From: a virus
IMG/VR virus record: IMGVR_UViG_3300042691_019356
Location: 7,318-71,317 of that record
Length of the DNA stretch: 64,000 nt
Strand: one strand, 5' to 3'
Shown in pieces: positions 58,118 through 64,000 of this stretch. A program made the position numbers and the translations under genes. The first letter of the stretch is position 1. Every line of letters begins with the position of its first letter. The notes under the pieces were generated by a model. The model was not told where the DNA came from and ran no database searches. It saw only the letters and a program-made list of their open reading frames with translations.

Positions 58118-58462
58118 TTATTCGGCACTACCCCTGGCGATGATTTCATTCAAGGTATTACAGTAGATGGTGATCAGCATTTCAAGCGTGCCAATGACTG
58201 AGTAAATTGTCATCTCTCCACTTTCAATCACGCCAATGCAAACCGTGATCAACTTACTATAAAGCTCTGGGCAGGTAAATGAAAGCGCAACAGAACGATA
58301 GTGGGCGACGTCATTGACAACAAGCCGAAGCTGGCCAATCAGATCGGTGATTTGCTCGCAGGTCTCAAACTGTCCGCACTCAAGTAAAATATCACCAATT
58401 TCTTTCTTGAATTGCATGTAGCGAGTGGATGGCTTCATTGATGTGGCTGTGGTGCGCCGCAA
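58118..58462 (-). CDS. hypothetical protein (114 aa)
   Basis: ORF between terL and the portal gene. Confidence 0.4.
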   Translation of the reverse strand: MRRTTATSMKPSTRYMQFKKEIGDILLECGQFETCEQITDLIGQLRLVVNDVAHYRSVALSFTCPELYSKLITVCIGVIESGEMTIYSVIGTLEMLITIYCNTLNEIIARGSAE

Positions 58463-58470
58463 TCATAGCG

Positions 58471-59883
58471 CTACTTCCAACGCGGGCCATAGCCAGCACG
58501 CATACCAGCCCTGGGGAATACCTGCCAAACGAGGTAGCGGAACGCATCACCAGCATGGGAGTGGTCGGTGGCACCACCCTTCAACGGCTTCATCGTCTTG
58601 CTGTCATACACCCATTGCTCCAGTGATGCAATGGTGTCGTAACAGGTCGTTGGATTGACGAGAATGCAATTCCGGTGGATGTAGAGGTTGGTGTGGGCCA
58701 GGGTCTCCGCGATCGGCGGGTTGCGGCGCTCCGTCACCACCTGCACGCCGGCATTCCGCAGGATGTCGTGGTCGCTCTGGGTCGAGGCAGTCGAGCCGTG
58801 GCTGCCGCTGGCGTCCGGGTAGCAGGTGATCATGCCATTCGCCAGATGACGTGGGAATTTGCGTTGCAGATGAGCAACAAGCGCAAAGGTATCAGGGACA
58901 CGAGCTTCATCAAAACAGTGCAGCTGCTGACCACCAGGACCAGGACGGACAACACCATAAACGGATTGGCATTGACCCACGTTGAAGTCAGCGCCAAACA
59001 CAATGCGTTCACCGGCTTCGGGATGAAACAGACCAGTGGAATGCTTCTGTCGATCGAACTCGTAGAAGACAGTGGCAGATTCAAGGTTGACGAACTCACC
59101 TTCGAGATACGCCTTAATCAGTGACGGATGGTACTTAGATTCGAGGTCAGCAATAAAACCGGGATCAAGGTATGGGTTTTCGCGGGACTTACCTTTATAC
59201 AGCTTCTTGTTGTCAGCTGGTTCTTTAACGTAGAAGGAATACATCCATGCAAAGCCTTCAGGCGTTGACACGGTGCAAATTTGTGGGCAGTTACCAACAC
59301 GAACGCGACCCTGCAGCTTCACCATTGCTTTCTCGGCAATGTCATGCCTGGACGTGTCAATTTCATCAGCTACCAGTGAAGCAGCATTGACACCGACGAG
59401 ACGTTGGTAGTTTTCAAGCGACCGCTGTAGTATCGGAGTGTCACCACCGGGAATCTTCAGAATGATGTTCGGGCGGGGAGAAGCGCGGAACTCATACGGG
59501 ATCGAGTATTTCTCCAGCACCTGGAACCAAGTAGGTAGCGCCACGTCCATGATTAGCGGAACGGTGGGCTCCAGAAACAAATGCGTGAAGCCAGGAGATC
59601 GCAAGCAAAGAAGAATTGCTTTTATTACGGCACTGTAAGATTTACCAGAACCGTAGCCCGCACAGAACCCAACGTACTTGTGATCAAAGTCACATACAAA
59701 GTCACGCTGATACGGCAGTAAATCAGCAACCAGCCTGGATTCAAGATCCTCGCCATCCAGTCTCGATTTCGTTCGCTTCGATAGCCGATTCAAGATCGCT
59801 TGATCTGCCAGTAGCCCCAATCCGCGCAGCGATGCCTGGTCCGCATATCGTGTCGCCTTTGCCTTGATCGGCATTCGTGTCAA
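58471..59883 (-). CDS. terL: terminase large subunit
   Basis: Walker A CAGYGSGKS and Walker B LVADEID, with a C-terminal nuclease-sized domain. The start is TTG 59883 or ATG 59874. Confidence 0.85.
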   Translation of the reverse strand: MTRMPIKAKATRYADQASLRGLGLLADQAILNRLSKRTKSRLDGEDLESRLVADLLPYQRDFVCDFDHKYVGFCAGYGSGKSYSAVIKAILLCLRSPGFTHLFLEPTVPLIMDVALPTWFQVLEKYSIPYEFRASPRPNIILKIPGGDTPILQRSLENYQRLVGVNAASLVADEIDTSRHDIAEKAMVKLQGRVRVGNCPQICTVSTPEGFAWMYSFYVKEPADNKKLYKGKSRENPYLDPGFIADLESKYHPSLIKAYLEGEFVNLESATVFYEFDRQKHSTGLFHPEAGERIVFGADFNVGQCQSVYGVVRPGPGGQQLHCFDEARVPDTFALVAHLQRKFPRHLANGMITCYPDASGSHGSTASTQSDHDILRNAGVQVVTERRNPPIAETLAHTNLYIHRNCILVNPTTCYDTIASLEQWVYDSKTMKPLKGGATDHSHAGDAFRYLVWQVFPRAGMRAGYGPRWK

Positions 59884-59906
59884 CCCTCTGTCGGAATCTT
59901 AAAGCA

Positions 59907-59936
59907 TTGACAAGGAAAAGAACAGTGGGATACAAT
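59907..59936 (+). promoter_or_regulatory. near-consensus sigma70 promoter (TTGACA-N18-TACAAT)
   Basis: Read directly on the plus strand, 24 nt from the terL start and divergent from it. Confidence 0.55.
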
Positions 59937-59956
59937 ATCACCGTTGCTTGGCTGCC

Positions 59957-60061
59957 ATGACAAAGGCCGAAATCACCGCAATCACCATCGTTGTTGCATC
60001 TGCTGTCATTGCTATGCTGTTTACAGTAACTGATGCAATGATCCAACTGCACCATGGCTGA
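59957..60061 (+). CDS. 34-aa single-TM peptide (MTKAEITAITIVVASAVIAMLFTVTDAMIQLHHG)
   Basis: Hand-translated ORF downstream of the promoter. Its stop overlaps the next ATG in an ATGGCTGA junction. Confidence 0.4.
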   Translation: MTKAEITAITIVVASAVIAMLFTVTDAMIQLHHG

Positions 60062-60332
60062 TTTCATTGTTCCTGACGGCTGGCCCATTGATCGTCATGT
60101 TGATGCCCACGAGTCAAATGAAAGATGGGGGCCATGCTATGTCTTTGATGCCAGTGGAAATTTCATTGACAAGGCAATCTCGTGCCATGTCAGCGCTGGA
60201 GAGGTTATATCTGTTTTCATGGATGCCAATGGTATGTGCGAACGTGGTCTGGATAGTAAGCCTGCAACAATCTTGACGGTTCATCCAGCACCACTTATTG
60301 TTCGACAGATCAAGGAACCCGTGCTACCCTAG
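60054..60332 (+). CDS. hypothetical protein (92 aa) on the opposite strand
   Basis: Clean ORF bracketed by a consensus promoter and a strong plus-strand terminator. Confidence 0.5.
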   Translation: MADFIVPDGWPIDRHVDAHESNERWGPCYVFDASGNFIDKAISCHVSAGEVISVFMDANGMCERGLDSKPATILTVHPAPLIVRQIKEPVLP

Positions 60333-60352
60333 TCACGTTCTTGGAGGACACT

Positions 60353-60383
60353 TCCCTCGGGGTGAGATCCGGGGGATTTTTTT
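60353..60383 (+). terminator. intrinsic terminator (plus strand)
   Basis: TCCCTCGG-GGTGAGAT-CCGGGGGA followed by a run of seven T. Confidence 0.7.
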
Positions 60384-60620
60384 GGAAAAAAATTTGGTGG
60401 CAAGGACTTGTTGTTATATGGTGTGGTGAAAATATATTGTGGTTGGGAAGGATTTGTTGAAAATGGGAAAAAAATTGTGGTCGTTGAAATTGGGAAAAAA
60501 ATTTGGTGGTGGGCTTGGTGAAATTGGAAAAAAAATCTAGGGGTGGGTTTGGTGAAAATGGAAAAAAAATTTGGTGGTGGGCCCGTTGAAAACGGGAAAA
60601 AAATTTGGGAGTGGGTGGTC
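60384..60620. repeat. phased A-tract repeat array (six GGA7-8TTT units)
   Basis: GGAAAAAAA starts at 60384, 60466, 60493, 60526, 60560 and 60595. The last four units of 33-35 bp read GGAAAAAAATTTGGTGGTGGGCYYGGTGAAAAT. Confidence 0.85.
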
Positions 60621-60713
60621 GCCGCCGTTCCGCGCAAAATGTAACCCACCCCGGCTAAATTGTAACCCATTCCTTATTGCATCGTAACCTCTGCTTCGAT
60701 GTATTGCAATGTA

Positions 60714-60743
60714 GCGGCCCCTTGATTGTATTAAAGGGGCCGC
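60714..60743. repeat. 10-bp-stem hairpin GCGGCCCCTT ... AAGGGGCCGC
   Basis: Read directly, just past the stop of 60756..61670. There is no T-tract on either strand. Confidence 0.7.
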
Positions 60744-60755
60744 CGTTACTGTTAA

Positions 60756-61670
60756 TCAGCGCTTGCGATTCTCCTCCTGCTTGTTGGAAAATGTGATAAC
60801 ATCGCCACGGCGAAGGACTACCCTGCCGCAGTAATCTGCGAGAGCATTAAGAGTGCCCTCCAACGTATTAAACCGTGCCACGCCCTTAAACGTATCTTTG
60901 TGTTGGATCATATATGCTGCCAGTGATACAACCCTGGCACTGCCACCCTTACTGGTCAAGTTCGTTTGAGCTGTAACCCAATTAAGCAGGGCATGTTTCT
61001 GCAATTTACCGCGCTTTTCATTGGCACTGATCGATGTGATGATTGGACGCGTCAGAGCATCAATGTCACGCGGACTGTAACCAGTATTGATCTTCTCACT
61101 GATTCCCCAGCCAGCGCGCTCCATTGCGGCGCGCGTGATCGCATCAGGCTCCCAGACAGGCTGTCCGGGCTTGACGGTACGTGAACCCTTCTCAACGGTC
61201 GGCAGGGGGGGCAGGGGGGCCGCCATTGACGCTAGGAGCGTATCAAGCTCCAGCATTACCGGATCGTCGGCATCCTCTGCCACAGCGGCGTCCTCTGCCA
61301 CAGCGGCGTCCTCTGCCGCGTCAGCAGCGGCCACACTTGCGGCGATCCTCTCAGCAGAATCAGCAGCGGCCACGGCGTCAGCAGCAGCAGCAGCAGCAGC
61401 AGTAAGGTCGCCGGTCGCCATAGCGTCAGCCACGGCCACAGCAGCAGCAGCGGCGGCGTCAGCAGCAGCGGCCACAGCGGTAGCAGCGTCAGGATCAGCG
61501 GCCACAGCAGCAGCAGCAGCGGCGATCCGATCAGCAGCAGCAGCGGCATCCTTGACGTAGTTGAAGGAGCGGCCGTTGTTCTTGCGATTGTTGGGCACGG
61601 TTTTTTCCGGTAGGCGGGACTGGTAGAGGTTTGTCCCGTTGCAGGAATCATACAACCCCCTGCCTGCCAC
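60756..61670 (-). CDS. protein with Ala/Asp low-complexity N-terminal half and globular C-terminal domain (304 aa, GTG start)
   Basis: This is the only frame with a non-repetitive C-terminal 160 aa. The start codon is uncertain. Confidence 0.45.
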   Translation of the reverse strand: MAGRGLYDSCNGTNLYQSRLPEKTVPNNRKNNGRSFNYVKDAAAAADRIAAAAAAVAADPDAATAVAAAADAAAAAAVAVADAMATGDLTAAAAAAADAVAAADSAERIAASVAAADAAEDAAVAEDAAVAEDADDPVMLELDTLLASMAAPLPPLPTVEKGSRTVKPGQPVWEPDAITRAAMERAGWGISEKINTGYSPRDIDALTRPIITSISANEKRGKLQKHALLNWVTAQTNLTSKGGSARVVSLAAYMIQHKDTFKGVARFNTLEGTLNALADYCGRVVLRRGDVITFSNKQEENRKR

Positions 61671-61907
61671 GCAACCTACAGGCTAAACCGGTTTGCAAAC
61701 CGTAACAGTCTCGCCACGTTGTAGGACGGTGAACCGCAAAAAACATTCGTTTTTAGCCGTTGCGGGAACGTGCTAGCAGCCGTGCCATACAGATAAAAAC
61801 GCGGGAATTGTGGGGAACCGGCAGGTCGATGTAACTAACACCTGGCGCGGTTTGCATCAGCGCCGGCACCCTATCTTGCATCGGTTGGGTTTGTTGTATT
61901 TAGCGAT

Positions 61908-62382
61908 TGCAATGTATCATTGTGTTTAGCATCTGCTATGTATTGTTATCTATCAGCAATTGCTATGTAACAAACAGCGATTGCAATGTATTGTAATTCG
62001 ATCGTAATGTAATGTAGAAGGCTGTGCATTGTAATGTAACTGCAGCTGTATTGTAATGCACCGGGGCGTTGTATTGTAACGTGCATTCGTTGTATTGTAA
62101 GGCGTACTTGTTGTATTGTAGCACGGAACGGGCGTAACGTAACGTGGCGCAAGCGTAATGCAATAAGGTAAATGGCGTAATGTAATGAATGGCGTTGTAA
62201 TGTATTATGAATGGCGTTGCGATGTAATGAATGGCGCAATCGCCTGTAATGAATGGCGTTGCGATGTAATGTGAATGGCGTTGTAATGTAATGAATGCGT
62301 GAATGGCTTGTTATGAATGGGCCTGGGGCTTGTCATGAATGGCCCAGATCAGTGTTGCGAATGCGCTTGTATTGAATGGCGT
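61908..62382 (+). repeat. iteron array, about 22 direct repeats with a 21-22 bp period
   Basis: Cores are TTGC(A/T)ATGTA, TGTA(A/T)TGTA and (GTAATG)AATGGCG. Positions are listed in the findings. Confidence 0.85.
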
Positions 62383-62815
62383 TATTCCAAACTTGTATCT
62401 TGTGGGTTCTCTGTTGCTTGGTGCCAGGGTTTGCAAGCAAGGGATCGACAATAATGTATTTTTTCTCTTTGTAATCTACCATGCGAATGAGATCAAGTTC
62501 ACGCAGGTCTTGTATTGCTCGCCGCATTGTTCTTTCATGAATGATGGTTTCTTCTGCGAATTCCACCAGATTGTAATGTATCAACATCTTGCAATAAGAA
62601 ACGTCAATAAGCGTGGCAAGTATTGCAAATGATGTCATCGAAAGATTGAGATCACCCCTGTTGCGAAGTATTTTAAGCAGTCTTGCACTCCATGGAGGTA
62701 ACGTACCAAGGCTTGTAGTTAGTTGCATTTTGTAGAAATTTGGGATGGGTTCCGGGCGGCCCCGAATTGTAAACGAGTTTTGTAAAACCCTGTCGTGGAC
62801 TGGGGTTCTCGCCAT
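62333..62815 (-). CDS. winged-helix DNA-binding protein (160 aa; possible TTG extension to 62971)
   Basis: The C-terminal segment ETIIHERTMRRAIQDLRELDLIRMVDYKEKKYI fits an HTH plus wing. ATG 62815 is preferred over TTG 62971. Confidence 0.5.
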   Translation of the reverse strand: MARTPVHDRVLQNSFTIRGRPEPIPNFYKMQLTTSLGTLPPWSARLLKILRNRGDLNLSMTSFAILATLIDVSYCKMLIHYNLVEFAEETIIHERTMRRAIQDLRELDLIRMVDYKEKKYIIVDPLLANPGTKQQRTHKIQVWNNAIQYKRIRNTDLGHS

Positions 62816-62980
62816 GGGATTGTCAAATTCCCGGTTTGAGATCCATTGCGGCGCAGTCGATCTCGGGAGTTGCTTATTATTATTTATGGCCTGTACGGCA
62901 ATCCCTATGGTTGCAATGCGACCACGCACAACGTTGTAATGCAACTTGACAGCCGTTGCAATGTAATGCAATACTCGTTG

Positions 62981-63817
62981 CTATTCAACCTCGGACTCCT
63001 CCAATGCAACTAACAGTTGATCGACACCAAGTGCGGTAGATTGTAATTGCTTCCCGATGTCAGCTAACTTGGCAGCAGCGTTTAACATTGATGGCATGTC
63101 CCGTACTGTAATGTTTTCTGCATTGTCCAGCATTGTATTCAAGGTGGCATTGGCAAGTTGTGCAATCTTTGCTGCATTCATACTTAGCTGCCGACCAATT
63201 GCTTCTTGTTCCTGGCGATACCTCTCCAGTTGCATTAAGTGTTCCTGTTGTCTTGCATCCTGGGACAGCTTGATCTTCTGGGATAGCATGTACCTGTCGT
63301 AATCAGCAGCACGTAGCTTCCAATTGTTCTTGCAATAAATCTTGTAGATGGTTGATTCTTGTATATTGAGTATCTGCGAGATATATTGTATTGATCGACC
63401 CCCTCCCAGTTCTAGGAAGGATTGTAGGAATTGAAATTCTCGTTCAGATTCAAGAGGGGCGTACTGTGACCTGTATAGCCAGGAATGTGTTTTGGTTGTG
63501 GGGGAGGAGTTAGTGGGCGCGAGAATAACTTCTTCTTGGGTATTGTCATCACTATCAAAACCAAAAGGATTGACATCAACAGTAGCATCATCTTGTGATT
63601 CATCTTCAGCGTCATTGTATTCAAAGTCATACTGTGTTGTATCTTCATTCGTGTCTTCGTTGTAATCAGATTGGTTGGGCACTTGTGATTGGGGGCGGGT
63701 GGTTGTAATTCTACCACGGGTGGGATGTTTGTGCTGGGGACTGGTTGTAACGTTTCCATTCCTGTAACGTAATGTGAGTTGACACAAAAAATGGGATGTG
63801 ACATTGCCACACCCCAT
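62981..63817 (-). CDS. HTH plus coiled-coil protein, terminase small subunit candidate (278 aa)
   Basis: Acidic N-terminus, an HTH-like segment RSIQYISQILNIQESTIYKIYCKNNW, then a long helical region. The TerS call is tentative. Confidence 0.4.
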   Translation of the reverse strand: MGCGNVTSHFLCQLTLRYRNGNVTTSPQHKHPTRGRITTTRPQSQVPNQSDYNEDTNEDTTQYDFEYNDAEDESQDDATVDVNPFGFDSDDNTQEEVILAPTNSSPTTKTHSWLYRSQYAPLESEREFQFLQSFLELGGGRSIQYISQILNIQESTIYKIYCKNNWKLRAADYDRYMLSQKIKLSQDARQQEHLMQLERYRQEQEAIGRQLSMNAAKIAQLANATLNTMLDNAENITVRDMPSMLNAAAKLADIGKQLQSTALGVDQLLVALEESEVE

Positions 63818-63851
63818 TGACTTATTCCAGTAGTAACCATGTTCAAAGCCA

Positions 63852-63879
63852 ATCGAATGTATTTGGCGCTACATTCGAT
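63852..63879. repeat. perfect palindrome ATCGAATGTA-N8-TACATTCGAT
   Basis: Read directly, 35 bp upstream of ATG 63817. Confidence 0.8.
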
Positions 63880-64000
63880 CACAAGCCATTCAACACTAAA
63901 TAATCCCACACGGCGTTGCTTTGTAACGCTTGTGATGCTTCATAAACCATTAACAAAGAACAATGGATTGTGTCGAGAGGTGTCATTCATGTAGTGTGCG

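Noticed and set aside
60329-60670. 113-aa minus-strand ORF (FFPFST.., PPNFF repeats)
   Set aside because: Its sequence is just the translation of the A-tract/T-tract DNA repeats. It has no sensible start context and lies in an obviously non-coding array.
61087-61651. Plus-strand and alternative minus-strand ORFs in the Ala-rich region (157, 74 and 131 aa)
   Set aside because: They are products of GC-rich GCN repeats. Only the 304-aa frame continues into non-repetitive sequence.
61946-62239. 97-aa and 66-aa minus-strand ORFs inside the iteron array
   Set aside because: The repetitive peptides (LQYN, HYN..) are by-products of TGTAAT-type DNA repeats, which lack stops in that frame.
60384-62382. 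CRISPR array interpretation of the two repeat regions
   Set aside because: There is no alternation of conserved repeats with unique spacers of similar length. The units are degenerate and contiguous, and no cas genes are present.
63412-63909. 165-aa minus-strand ORF overlapping 62981..63817 in another frame
   Set aside because: It overlaps the frame that continues into a convincing HTH/coiled-coil protein. Its composition is odd and it spans the upstream palindrome.

Overview
This window reads as about 64 kb of a tailed dsDNA phage or prophage with lambda-like siphovirus gene order. The host is probably a cyanobacterium. That is an inference from a cyAbrB-type regulator, ThyX, MazG and sigma-70 genes, and GC-rich host-like patches. 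Nearly all genes are on the minus strand. From right to left the window holds: (1) a repeat-dense, largely non-coding region (60.3-63.9 kb) with HTH and winged-helix proteins; (2) an opposite-strand promoter-gene-terminator cassette; (3) terL, portal, scaffold, four tiny basic proteins and the capsid gene; (4) fibre-like and beta-propeller-like proteins, then neck proteins and the major tail protein; (5) a G/GT chaperone with an A_AAA_AAG -1 frameshift site; (6) a 2568-aa tape measure carrying lytic-transglycosylase and peptidase domains; (7) lambda L/K/J-position tip proteins and fibres with LamG-type modules; (8) a plus-strand dcd-sigma70 operon; (9) a replication module (RHH protein, an initiator with internal ori-like repeats, DnaB); (10) a recombination module (ERF, exonuclease, SSB, RusA); (11) nucleotide-metabolism genes (dNMP kinase, MazG, ThyX); (12) about 40 small unknown genes, many translationally coupled, and one tRNA-Met(CAT). 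I saw no integrase, transposase, CRISPR array, rRNA or reverse transcriptase. The best candidate for something new is the 60.35-63.9 kb locus. It contains about 22 phased 21-22 bp iterons and a phased A-tract array, associated with a winged-helix protein, an HTH/coiled-coil protein and an Ala-rich protein. It could be a packaging site, a second plasmid-like replicon or centromere, or a transcriptional switch. Other notable items are the moron-like cassette next to terL, a Gly/Tyr hexamer-repeat gene, a 72-aa gene flanked by 24-bp direct repeats, and the phage-borne cyAbrB and sigma-70 genes. All functional calls rest on motifs read by eye and on synteny. No database search was possible.
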